This document shows, piece by piece, positions 47,324-56,294 of a stretch of DNA of 64,000 nt. Position 1 is the stretch's first letter. Each line of letters begins with the position of its first letter. Under the pieces are notes generated by a model, which saw only the letters and a list, made by a program, of their open reading frames with translations, made no database searches and was not told the DNA's origin. The stretch spans positions 1,643-65,642 of IMG/VR virus record IMGVR_UViG_3300035698_028676. One strand, 5' to 3'. The position numbers and the translations under genes are program-made. The stretch is from a virus. Its lineage: Duplodnaviria > Caudoviricetes.

Positions 47324-47695
47324 TTAATACTGTCCTGGGTATCCGTATTGAGGCTCAGGTCTATCTACCAATCCGCCTTGCAATAATTTTGTAATCAAAC
47401 CAATCATTATACCTAGTATCAAAAAAGGCAGAAAAAGGTCAAGAATTGTACATGACAATGCATTCTCTGACAAGTTTGGATTATATGATCTATTTGAAGA
47501 TGTACAGTTACCGCCACTTGCTCCAGTTGCGTCTGGATCAACATATCCGGCACAATTCATCGAATCACATTGTCTTGTGTCATCCATTACGCTCTGAATA
47601 GCAGGTAATGTTGCAATAAATATTAAAACTGCCATTATCAGTATCATAATACCTATCATCATCATCTGTCCACGTTTATTTTTATAATTTAACAT
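47324..47695 (-). CDS. Class III-signal two-helix protein (pilin-like/capsid-like)
   Basis: KNKRG|QMMMIG, Cys-containing loop, C helix ILDLFLPFLILG; SD GAAAGGAGG sets start at 47695. Confidence 0.7.
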   Translation of the reverse strand: MLNYKNKRGQMMMIGIMILIMAVLIFIATLPAIQSVMDDTRQCDSMNCAGYVDPDATGASGGNCTSSNRSYNPNLSENALSCTILDLFLPFLILGIMIGLITKLLQGGLVDRPEPQYGYPGQY

Positions 47696-47927
47696 TTGTT
47701 TTATTCCTCCTTTCAATATTTTTTAATATGTTATCCTTTTTAATAATATCTGTTATCCTAAATTTTAATCCAACTACATTCTTATCATTAAATATATCTT
47801 GCATCATTTCTGGAGATAAGCTTTTCTTTAGAACAGGTAAATTAAATTGTTTATTAGTTTTATTCTGAAATATCTTTACCTCTACGGTATCATCATATAA
47901 TTTTTTTCTACTAGTATTTTTCTTCAT
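47682..47927 (-). CDS. Small basic protein, first gene after class B promoter copy 2
   Basis: DKNVVGLKFRITDI motif shared with 55860-56030. Confidence 0.7.
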   Translation of the reverse strand: MKKNTSRKKLYDDTVEVKIFQNKTNKQFNLPVLKKSLSPEMMQDIFNDKNVVGLKFRITDIIKKDNILKNIERRNKTNVKL

Positions 47928-47934
47928 ATTCCTG

Positions 47935-47974
47935 ATATTACTAGTAATTCTTTATATTTAAATGTTGCGTTAAT
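47935..47974 (-). promoter_or_regulatory. Class B promoter copy 2
   Basis: Identical 40-bp core; only half of the upstream palindrome (TAATTGTG) remains. Confidence 0.85.
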
Positions 47975-48042
47975 TGTGTAAGTAGAAGATAACTACAAAG
48001 ATATAAAATTGATACTTTTATATCGATACAACGGAATGAAAA

Positions 48043-48076
48043 TACTACTTTGTAGTAATACCAAAAGATTTATAAA
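48043..48076 (+). promoter_or_regulatory. Class A promoter copy 9 (drives lone + strand HNH gene)
   Basis: TACTAC-TTT-GTAGTA-ATACCAAAAGA-TTTATAAA. Confidence 0.82.
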
Positions 48077-48125
48077 GGATGATGTTTATATTATAAGAGG
48101 GAAAGGAACGCGACAATAAAAAAAG

Positions 48126-49133
48126 ATGAATCTATTAGGTAAAGAAATAAATTGGAATAATCCTGCCGAGGTCAAGGAATATGAAAGAAAACGTAGGGAG
48201 GTTAATGTAGAACAAATAAAAGCTACAAAAAAAGCATACTACAAAAAAAATAAAGATAGATTGGTTATTAAAAATAAAGATAATTATGAAAAAAATAAAG
48301 GTAAGATAGCAATTCAAAGCAAAAAGTATAGAAAAGAGAATAAAGAGAAAATAAAAATTCAGAGGAGAAAATATAGAGAAAAGAATAAAGAGAAAATAAA
48401 AATTGACAAAAAAGAATATTACAAAAAGAATAAAGATAAGATAGCTATTAAGGAGAAAGAACATTATAAAAATAATAAAGATGAGATTAATGCTTCTAGT
48501 ATAAAGTATTATAAAGAGAACAAAAATCATATAAGAATTAAAAGTAAGGAATATTACAAAAAGAATAAAGATAAGGTATTAATTCAGTGCAAAAAATATC
48601 GAAAAAATAATAAAGAAATAGTAGCTATTAAGGAGAAAGAGTATTATGAAAAAAATAAAGATAAGGTATTAATTCAGTGCAAAAAATATCAAAAAAAGAA
48701 TAAAGATAAGATAGCAATTCAAAGTAAAAAATATTATAAAAACAGTAAAAAAAATATATGTATAGTATGTGGGGAACCGCACGCCTTAGATAAATTTTGC
48801 TCAAAAAAATGCATGGGAATTTATTGGACTGGAAAAGGACATCCGTTATGGAAAGGCGGACCAGCTCCTTATCCTACAGCATGGACAAGGAAATTTAAGA
48901 AATCAATTAGAGATAGAGATAATAATAAGTGTATGAGATGTGATAAGCCAAGAGAAGTCTTAGGACAGGCTTTATGTGTTCATCATATTGATGCCATTAA
49001 AGAAAATACATATCCAGAGAACTGCATCTCTCTTTGTCGTGCCTGCCATGGATTAACTGTAGGTAGAGAACACCTTTTTACTGAAGGTTTTAGAAAGATG
49101 CTATCTAAAAGATTTGGATATAAATATACCTAA
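48126..49133 (+). CDS. HNH endonuclease with Lys/Tyr-rich helical repeats
   Basis: ~15-aa KxYYxKNKDKI repeats; CxxC..FCSxxC; IRDRD..C..C, VHHID...NCISLC..CH. Confidence 0.85.
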   Translation: MNLLGKEINWNNPAEVKEYERKRREVNVEQIKATKKAYYKKNKDRLVIKNKDNYEKNKGKIAIQSKKYRKENKEKIKIQRRKYREKNKEKIKIDKKEYYKKNKDKIAIKEKEHYKNNKDEINASSIKYYKENKNHIRIKSKEYYKKNKDKVLIQCKKYRKNNKEIVAIKEKEYYEKNKDKVLIQCKKYQKKNKDKIAIQSKKYYKNSKKNICIVCGEPHALDKFCSKKCMGIYWTGKGHPLWKGGPAPYPTAWTRKFKKSIRDRDNNKCMRCDKPREVLGQALCVHHIDAIKENTYPENCISLCRACHGLTVGREHLFTEGFRKMLSKRFGYKYT

Positions 49134-49331
49134 TTACAACCCCTTTAATCTTATTTCCATAGGCAAAAGCCCTTTTGAATAATAACAGCTAAACTCATCT
49201 ATATGCTGTTCAGCAATCTTGCCAGCCATCTTCTTTTGTAACTTCTTAGGAAACAAAGCCGCGTGTTCCATTTCTATCTTTTTACCTATAGATAACTCCT
49301 TAGCTCTATCGCATTTTATTTTTTTCTTCAT
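49134..49331 (-). CDS. DUF5661-like viral protein
   Basis: GKKIEMEH...KIAEQHIDEF..YY..L..ME. Confidence 0.7.
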   Translation of the reverse strand: MKKKIKCDRAKELSIGKKIEMEHAALFPKKLQKKMAGKIAEQHIDEFSCYYSKGLLPMEIRLKGL

Positions 49332-49358
49332 TTTATTTTTATTAATGTAATAAATGCT

Positions 49359-49391
49359 TATAGACTGCCACAATTACTGTAGCAGCCTATA
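49359..49391 (-). other. 14-bp intergenic RNA hairpin
   Basis: Minus strand TATAGGCTGCTACA-GTAAT-TGTGGCAGTCTATA, fully paired with two G-U pairs. Confidence 0.55.
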
Positions 49392-49407
49392 GCTTTATTG
49401 TTGGTTT

Positions 49408-49623
49408 CTAAATTCCCCAGTAACCAGCTGGCCCTCCATGCATTCTATCTTTCATGCCTCTGCCATCCTTATAAGTGCATTTACTTTTTCTCTCGATTCT
49501 AACCATCATTTCTTTATCATCATTATCACCGATAGCATAGTATCCCTTTGGATATCCTAACTTGCAGCATCCATTAGCCACATCTTTTCTATTTCTATGC
49601 ATTCTTTTCATATCATATTCCAT
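49408..49623 (-). CDS. Small basic hypothetical protein
   Basis: SD GAAAGGAGGT. Confidence 0.65.
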   Translation of the reverse strand: MEYDMKRMHRNRKDVANGCCKLGYPKGYYAIGDNDDKEMMVRIERKSKCTYKDGRGMKDRMHGGPAGYWGI

Positions 49624-49631
49624 TTTTTATT

Positions 49632-49874
49632 TTACCTCCTTTCTCCAAAGTGCATTATCTTTGATAATTTTCCATTGGATTTACTTTTTATAGTCCAATG
49701 GTGGTCGGATTTTGTCCGGCCCGACTTTGTCGTGACGGCTCTGCCGACTCCATTGGATTTAATCTCCTCAGTTTTAACCTTTAAGCTTACCTTTTTAATC
49801 CCTCTCCAATCTGTCCATTCTTTCGTAGCAAAACATAACGCCCTCTGTTTGCTTTTATATTTTGAACAAGGCAT
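49632..49874 (-). CDS. Small basic protein
   Basis: SD GGAGGG sets start at MPCSKYKSKQRALCFAT. Confidence 0.6.
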   Translation of the reverse strand: MPCSKYKSKQRALCFATKEWTDWRGIKKVSLKVKTEEIKSNGVGRAVTTKSGRTKSDHHWTIKSKSNGKLSKIMHFGERR

Positions 49875-49973
49875 TTTAAATATCCCTCCTAAAAAATCCA
49901 AAGCACGAGCCCGTAGGCCCGCACTTTTTCCTCTGGACAAGTGGCTGAGGACCACTAAGAATAGAGTGTAATA

Positions 49974-52900
49974 TCATATCCATTTTACCCTACCAACTTT
50001 TTTTGTTTGTGACTTTCTTTTCTTAATACCTTTAGCTGTGATAGCAGCGAACTCTCCCTTTGTAGATATTCTAGCTTTTCTTTTCTGGATGAATGTTGAT
50101 GGCTTTTTGACTTCTTTACCTTTTACTATTCTGCCCCTGTATTCTTTCTTAAGTTCAGCTCTAGATATTGGGGCCAGATTTAGTGTACCTTCAATTCCTT
50201 TCCCCTTCTTTAATCTAAATGAAACTGATGCATCGGATTTTGTTTCTTTTCTACCTAAAGCTAAAGCTTCCCCTTCTGATAATGCGAATGGAGTTACATC
50301 TTCCCACTTCCCTCCTCTTTTAACTTCAACTTCATAACCTCGTTTAACTTTGGTCTTTGATTTAGTTTTGGGGATTCTAACTTTTACTTTCCCTAAATCA
50401 GGTATAATTATAACTGGAGGTACTGGTTTTGGTGGAGATGGCGACGGGCTTGGCGATGGTGAAGGCGAAGGACTAGGGCTAGGACTAGGACTTGGGCTTG
50501 GACTTGGACTAGGTGATGGACTAGGAGAAGGACTAGGACTAGGAGAAGGACTAGTAGTTATGCTAGGACTAGGTGAAGGACTAGGTGAAGGACTAGGTGA
50601 AGGTGAAGGACTAGGGCTTGGACTAGTAGTTATACTAGGACTAGGCGAAGGGCTAGGAGAAGGTCTAGGTCTAGGGGAAGGAGAAGGTGATGGCTTAAAC
50701 TTAATTACAGGAGAAGGACTAGATACTGAAGATATTTTAATTAGTGAAGAAGGACTAGCCGCAGTTGAAGGCCTAGTGCTAGGAGAGCTTAAAGTAGATG
50801 TAGTAATTTTCGCCTCTGAAGGAATAGTTATTGGACTAACAACACGTCCAGTAAATGAAGTTTTTACAGGAGTCTTCAATGAGCTAGTAACATCAATTTT
50901 TATTCCAGATAAATATGCAGCCCTACTAGTATCAAGTTCTCCAAACAATGTCCCTACATCTTCCGCAGCCCAATCTAATTTTCTATATTTTTCAAATAAT
51001 TTATCTGCCCTTACCCCTTCAGCCTTAGTCCCAACTGTAGGATTAAAAACTTTGCTTTCTGCTAAACTTTTACCTATGGCGTAAGTATCAACAACATCTT
51101 TAGAACGATGCATAGGTGGCTCTATTATCTTCTTTCCAGTTAAAGGATCTTCCCACCAAGTGGCAGAAGCTCCAGCCTTTCTTATTAACTGTTCATATTC
51201 TGTTTGAGAAGCAACTCCTTCAACCTTTGTAGTAGGTCTATATTCCTCAAATCCATATCTGAAACCTTTAGATAATTCTACTAAAGAAGTAGGATCATCA
51301 TGATATTTTAATTCTATGCTCTTCTCTCCTTTAACATAAACTCCCATACCTTGTGCATCATCTATTACTTCAGCAGTACTAGAACCTTTCCTTCTTAATT
51401 CCTCTGCAGCCTTTTCTCCCCATTTCCCAGCAGCAGTCTTAGAATTAAATTCTATTTCAATATCTCCAGGGGTTCTTTTAAACTCTAATTTTCTTTGAGC
51501 AATATCTGAGAAAGAACCATAAACTCTTTCATATGCTCCTTTATCTTTTTTCAAAAGTTTAAGTACAACCTTAATTTCATCTTTATCTAATGATTTAGTC
51601 TCTGTAGGAAACTTTTCTAAAAAACTACTTTTCTGCTCTCTTAGTAAATTTAATACATCTTTAGTTATTTCTATCTTTTTTATACCTTGAGTACTGACCC
51701 CTAAAGCCTTTAGCACAGGTTTTTGAGTTAATACTTCTGCTTCTAATGCAGTCCCTGGATAACTAGCAATATTTTTCTTAGACCATTCTGGGAATGCCAT
51801 TCTTTTTACACCTGGTAATTTTTCTACTCCTGGAGTTCCAATTGCAACCCCTCTTTTAGTCCATCCTATTAAAGGTTTTACTACCCCCTCTTCTGGCTCA
51901 AGATAAAACCCCCTATAAAGAGATTCAGGTTCGGTAAATCTCGCAGCCTCAATCATTTCTACATCTTTTACCGCTTTAATAGTTTTTGGGAGTAAAGGAG
52001 ACTCTGTACGAATAATTGCCTTTTTATCTGTAAGAATTTGTTGATAATCCCTGACCCTTATGCCATCTACTTCTTTTATAACATCTAATCTTTGTCCTCT
52101 GTATCCTATATCAACAACATCTGTTTTAGTGGCTGTATCGACAATTTTAACCTGTCTACCAGTATTATCTATTTTTAAAACATTAGGATCTTTACCCTCG
52201 GCCTTATAGTTCTTTCTAGCTATTCTTAAAGCTTTCTTCGCAAACTCCCCAACTTTTTCTTTTACTAAAAAATAAACATCGGCATCACCAGGATTTCTAA
52301 AACTTCCTTTTGGAAGTTGCATTTTGACTGCCGCAGTACCTCCTAAATATCCTCCTTCCTTAGTAGCTGCCTTCGCCACATCTAATTGTAATTTATTTAA
52401 TGTATCTAATGCCCTTGGCACTTTAACCTCAACATTACCATACTTCAAAAACTTTCCTGCTCCAGAGGCACCAACCCCCATAAGAACAAAATCTTTTGCG
52501 GCAGCTCCAGTCATTTTTCCCGCTTGAAAATAATCTTCTGCATCTCTTACATTTTTATATGTCTCTGCTCCATAAGTAACACCAAATCCTACTCCTGCTC
52601 CTAAAGTTCCAACATCTGCAGCAACACCTGCAACTTGAGCACCTTTTGTTCCAGCAACGAGCCCACCTACTGTTCTAAATCCAAGACCTGCAGCCTTTAC
52701 TCCAACCCCTAACCCATAACCTGCACCAATAAGAGCGACTTGTTTTAATGGTTTTTCTATAACATCCTCTGCAATCCCTATACCAACTCCAGTTATAAAA
52801 CCACCACCTTTAGCGACTACCTCAGGAACTCCTTTGTCAAGAAACGACGCTGTTGTCTCTTCAGATTTTATGGCTGCTTCCTCAAATGTAGTTGGTAAAT

Positions 52901-55460
52901 CTAGGCCTGTTTGTGTTTCCACTACAGTCATACCAGTTCCAAATCCCTTTGCAAATGGATCTGTTATCCCTCCCCTAAGCCCTTCGCTTATATCACCAAA
53001 AAAGCCTGGTATCTCTTTTGCTGTTTTAACTATCTTATCAGCTGCAACTGCAGGTCCAAGATAAGCTGCTTCAGTATAAGGTTTAGCTGCATCTTGAATC
53101 CTTTCATTTGCTAAAAGTGGGGCTAATGCCGTATCTATTACAATAGGAGCTACTGTTTCTTTTATTACTGGAGCTACGACTTCAGTTATCTTATCAGCTG
53201 CAACTGTAGTCCCAAGATAAGCTGCTTCGACATAAGGTTTAACTGCATCTTTAATTATACTTCCAGTTAACATAGAGCCCAAAGCTGTTTCTTTTATCAA
53301 TGGGGTTACGACTTCAGCTATCTTATCGGCTGCAATTGAAGGTCCAAAAAAAGCTGCTTCAGTATAAGGTTTAGCTGCATCTTTAATTACACTTCCAGTT
53401 AACATAGAACCTAAAGCTGTCTCTTCTATTACTGGAGCTACTACTTTACTTATCTTATCAGCTGCAACTGAAGGTCCAAGATATGCTGCTTCAACATAGG
53501 GTTTAGCTGCATCTTTAATTACTCTCCCAGTTAACATAGAACCTAAAGCTGTCTCTTTTATAGCTGAAGCTGTTACTTCAGTTATCTTATCAGCTGCAAG
53601 TGAAGGCCCAATGAAAGCTGTTTCAGTATAAGGTTTAGCTGAATCTTTAATTATTTTTGCAACTGAAAGTGAACTAATAGCCGTTCCTTTTATAGCTGGG
53701 ACTATTGTTTCCTTAATAACTACTCCAGCTTCTTTAATTAATGGAACCGCTTTCTCTTCAACCCTTTTTCCTAACGATAATATAGATGTTGCTTTTTTTT
53801 CTACTGCACCTGCTACTGTTGTTCCAATATAATCTAAAGCATCTGCTCTAGCTTCTCCAACACCTGCTGTAAATTCTTTGACTGATGGGATTACCTTTTC
53901 TTTAATAACTACTCCAGTTCCTTTGATTACTGGAGCTACTTTTTCCTTAACATCTTTTCCTAAAGATAAAACAGATGTTGCTTTTTCTTCAACTGCATCT
54001 ACTACTGTAGTCCCAATGTAGCTCAATGTATCTGATCTAACTTTTCCAAACTCTTTGATTACTGGAATTACCTTTTCTTTAATAACCGGAGCTACAACTT
54101 CAGTTATTTTATCAGCCACAATTGAAGGTCCAAGATATGCTGTTCTAGTATAAGGATTAGCTGCTTCCCTGACTGCACTTGCAGTAGAAATAGATCCTAT
54201 AGCGGTATCTCTTATAACTGGAGCTACTATTTTCGCAACTCTTCCACCCAAAGATATACTTTCTGCCGTATCCGCAACTTTTGTTCCAATATAGTCTAGG
54301 GTATCTGCCCTTGCTTCTCTTATTGCTGGAATTATCTTTTCCTTATTAACCCATGTCTCTGCGGCTACAACTGACAAAGCACCAGTAGCTGCACCTAATC
54401 CTGCACCTAATGTTTCACCACTACCTTTTAAAACATCTTTAATAACCTTTGCCCCTATTTCATTATACGCCTGTGGATTATAAAGTTTCCTATTTGTAAA
54501 TGGAGTATAGACATCTCTTCCAGTTCCTGGAGTTGGTCTTCCTCCTTCGAACATCTCTCCATAAGTTTCTCTTGGTGTATTTCCGGTAAGCCTCTCCCAT
54601 TGAGCAGCAGGAAAATTTGTTATCTTTTGTATTATAGTTTTTTTAGGAGCAGCTTCAACTGACCATTGTGGGGCAGAAGGTAAAGGTGTTTTTTTAAATA
54701 ATTCTGGATGAGATAATGCAAAGGCCGCCTGTCTATCTTGTGACATCTCTATTCCCTGTCTACCTACTGCTACAGGAATCTGAGTAGCCGTAGCAAGATC
54801 TGGAGAAGCTAAAGATTGCAATTCACCAGTAAGAACATCTTTATATGCAACCTGTGGCGCATCAAATTGTTGTCCATATCTTTCTTGTAAGCCCTCTAGA
54901 GACATGCTCGCCTGATCTGGCCCACCTGAAACACCAACAAGTTGTCCTTTATCATAAATAAGATTAAACCCAGCCTCATTTAAATTTGATTTAAATTCGG
55001 ACAAATCGCCCCGAGCCAACTTCTGTTCTGTTCTCATTTGAGAATCTCTTGGCGACCAATCTGTTGTTGTTCCATATGGTGTAGAATATTCGTAGCCTAA
55101 TACTTGCGTTACGTAGCCCTTCCCTAACTTTCCCATAATCGCCCTTGGAGCTATCCCTTTCTCTTTGGCATATTGCATTATCCCGGCAGGAGTTTTTTTA
55201 AATTCTTCAATTCTTTGTCCATAAGAAGCAACTTGTTCTTCATCTTGCGCTGCTTGTTGTGATTGTCCTGCTAACCTTTCTCTTTCAGACCTAACTGCCT
55301 GTTTCTTGGGAACTCCAGCTATTCCCTTTATAGCCCTAAGTGCCCTTTGTGTTCTTGTCTCAGGCAAAGCCGCCTGTCTAGATGCTATACCAGATTGAGC
55401 TCTAGCTATACCTTCTCTACTAGCTGCTACTTGAGCTTGTGCTTCCTGAATACTAACCAT
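49974..55460 (-). CDS. 1828-aa multidomain protein: amphipathic repeats, hydrophobic helices, two nucleotidyltransferase-like domains, (SP)n linker, basic tail
   Basis: GPSxAADKI repeats; YLGGTAA...RNPGDAD and VYGSFS...RTPGDIE motifs; long Ser-Pro run. Confidence 0.8.
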   Translation of the reverse strand: MVSIQEAQAQVAASREGIARAQSGIASRQAALPETRTQRALRAIKGIAGVPKKQAVRSERERLAGQSQQAAQDEEQVASYGQRIEEFKKTPAGIMQYAKEKGIAPRAIMGKLGKGYVTQVLGYEYSTPYGTTTDWSPRDSQMRTEQKLARGDLSEFKSNLNEAGFNLIYDKGQLVGVSGGPDQASMSLEGLQERYGQQFDAPQVAYKDVLTGELQSLASPDLATATQIPVAVGRQGIEMSQDRQAAFALSHPELFKKTPLPSAPQWSVEAAPKKTIIQKITNFPAAQWERLTGNTPRETYGEMFEGGRPTPGTGRDVYTPFTNRKLYNPQAYNEIGAKVIKDVLKGSGETLGAGLGAATGALSVVAAETWVNKEKIIPAIREARADTLDYIGTKVADTAESISLGGRVAKIVAPVIRDTAIGSISTASAVREAANPYTRTAYLGPSIVADKITEVVAPVIKEKVIPVIKEFGKVRSDTLSYIGTTVVDAVEEKATSVLSLGKDVKEKVAPVIKGTGVVIKEKVIPSVKEFTAGVGEARADALDYIGTTVAGAVEKKATSILSLGKRVEEKAVPLIKEAGVVIKETIVPAIKGTAISSLSVAKIIKDSAKPYTETAFIGPSLAADKITEVTASAIKETALGSMLTGRVIKDAAKPYVEAAYLGPSVAADKISKVVAPVIEETALGSMLTGSVIKDAAKPYTEAAFFGPSIAADKIAEVVTPLIKETALGSMLTGSIIKDAVKPYVEAAYLGTTVAADKITEVVAPVIKETVAPIVIDTALAPLLANERIQDAAKPYTEAAYLGPAVAADKIVKTAKEIPGFFGDISEGLRGGITDPFAKGFGTGMTVVETQTGLDLPTTFEEAAIKSEETTASFLDKGVPEVVAKGGGFITGVGIGIAEDVIEKPLKQVALIGAGYGLGVGVKAAGLGFRTVGGLVAGTKGAQVAGVAADVGTLGAGVGFGVTYGAETYKNVRDAEDYFQAGKMTGAAAKDFVLMGVGASGAGKFLKYGNVEVKVPRALDTLNKLQLDVAKAATKEGGYLGGTAAVKMQLPKGSFRNPGDADVYFLVKEKVGEFAKKALRIARKNYKAEGKDPNVLKIDNTGRQVKIVDTATKTDVVDIGYRGQRLDVIKEVDGIRVRDYQQILTDKKAIIRTESPLLPKTIKAVKDVEMIEAARFTEPESLYRGFYLEPEEGVVKPLIGWTKRGVAIGTPGVEKLPGVKRMAFPEWSKKNIASYPGTALEAEVLTQKPVLKALGVSTQGIKKIEITKDVLNLLREQKSSFLEKFPTETKSLDKDEIKVVLKLLKKDKGAYERVYGSFSDIAQRKLEFKRTPGDIEIEFNSKTAAGKWGEKAAEELRRKGSSTAEVIDDAQGMGVYVKGEKSIELKYHDDPTSLVELSKGFRYGFEEYRPTTKVEGVASQTEYEQLIRKAGASATWWEDPLTGKKIIEPPMHRSKDVVDTYAIGKSLAESKVFNPTVGTKAEGVRADKLFEKYRKLDWAAEDVGTLFGELDTSRAAYLSGIKIDVTSSLKTPVKTSFTGRVVSPITIPSEAKITTSTLSSPSTRPSTAASPSSLIKISSVSSPSPVIKFKPSPSPSPRPRPSPSPSPSPSITTSPSPSPSPSPSPSPSPSPSPSITTSPSPSPSPSPSPSPSPSPSPSPSPSPSPSPSPSPSPSPSPPKPVPPVIIIPDLGKVKVRIPKTKSKTKVKRGYEVEVKRGGKWEDVTPFALSEGEALALGRKETKSDASVSFRLKKGKGIEGTLNLAPISRAELKKEYRGRIVKGKEVKKPSTFIQKRKARISTKGEFAAITAKGIKKRKSQTKKVGRVKWI
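50430..50700 (-). repeat. Ser-Pro dipeptide repeat tract
   Basis: PSPSPS... with varied codons, interrupted twice by ITT. Confidence 0.9.
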
Positions 55461-55479
55461 ACTAATTTGATAAAGTTAT

Positions 55480-55860
55480 CTAGTAACTTATTATCCCCCT
55501 TCTTACTTTTCTACGCATTTGTACATTTGGCGTTAGATTAATTTTAGGTGCAACTGGTGCTACTTTTACTGATACTGTACTAAATGTAATTCCATCTTTA
55601 ACTATTGGCTCTTGTGGAATACTATTATATGTATTCAAATCATCAAGATATTTATTGATAGTTGTAAGATTCTTTTTTGCCATAACTCCACCTTTCCTTA
55701 CATCTTTCATATAGCTTCTATCTTCTTGTCTAGCAACTCTATTCTGCATTCCCCCATGTAATTGTGCTTTAGAGTATTTAAGTGGATGGTCTAATTGTGC
55801 AAAATAATTTCTCCTTTCAATTATTTGTAATTTCAAGTTTTCTGCTTGTGTTTTATCCAT
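55480..55860 (-). CDS. Basic hypothetical protein
   Basis: SD GGAGGT; TAATG coupling. Confidence 0.7.
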   Translation of the reverse strand: MDKTQAENLKLQIIERRNYFAQLDHPLKYSKAQLHGGMQNRVARQEDRSYMKDVRKGGVMAKKNLTTINKYLDDLNTYNSIPQEPIVKDGITFSTVSVKVAPVAPKINLTPNVQMRRKVRRGIISY

Positions 55861-56030
55861 TATATTTTACCTCCATTGTATTTGTTTTTAAATATAATAT
55901 CTTTCCCTATGTCGTCTATACTAAAAGTATCTTTTCCTGGAGTGTCCCTAGGAGCAACATCTGTTATTTTAAATTTTATACTAACTACGTTTTTATCATA
56001 TAAATTATTCCTATTGATATATTTCTTCAT
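55860..56030 (-). CDS. 56-aa protein paralogous to 47682-47927 (not in ORF track)
   Basis: MKKYINRNNLYDKNVVSIKFKITDVAPRDTPGKDTFSIDDIGKDIIFKNKYNGGKI*. Confidence 0.7.
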   Translation of the reverse strand: MKKYINRNNLYDKNVVSIKFKITDVAPRDTPGKDTFSIDDIGKDIIFKNKYNGGKI

Positions 56031-56037
56031 ATTACTA

Positions 56038-56077
56038 ATATTACTAGTAATTCTTTATATTTAAATGTTGCGTTAAT
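56038..56077 (-). promoter_or_regulatory. Class B promoter copy 3
   Basis: Identical 40-bp core. Confidence 0.85.
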
Positions 56078-56219
56078 TGTGCTAGCACAATTATCCACTG
56101 CTGAAAAGCAGCTGTTAATCGAGTTAACTCGATTAGCCATTACGTAAACGTAACTGTTAATCGTGTAAACATAATTAGTAATTATAAATAAACAACTATT
56201 AATCATTAGTCTCCCGACC
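56074..56219. repeat. Array of 20-bp palindromic units with exact 42-bp period
   Basis: Units start at 56074, 56116, 56158 and (degenerate) 56200. Confidence 0.75.
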
Positions 56220-56242
56220 AGTCATAAAAAATAAAAAAATAT

Positions 56243-56267
56243 AAAAGGTGGGTTAATCCCACCCCTT
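56243..56267 (-). terminator. Terminator-like hairpin after S-layer gene
   Basis: GGTGGG-ATTAA-CCCACC followed by T-tracts on minus strand. Confidence 0.6.
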
Positions 56268-56294
56268 ATATAATAAGAAATCGTTTCTGTTTAT

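Noticed and set aside
50350-51084. 244-aa + strand Gly/Leu-rich ORF
   Set aside because: Antisense shadow of the Ser-Pro repeat in the 1828-aa gene.
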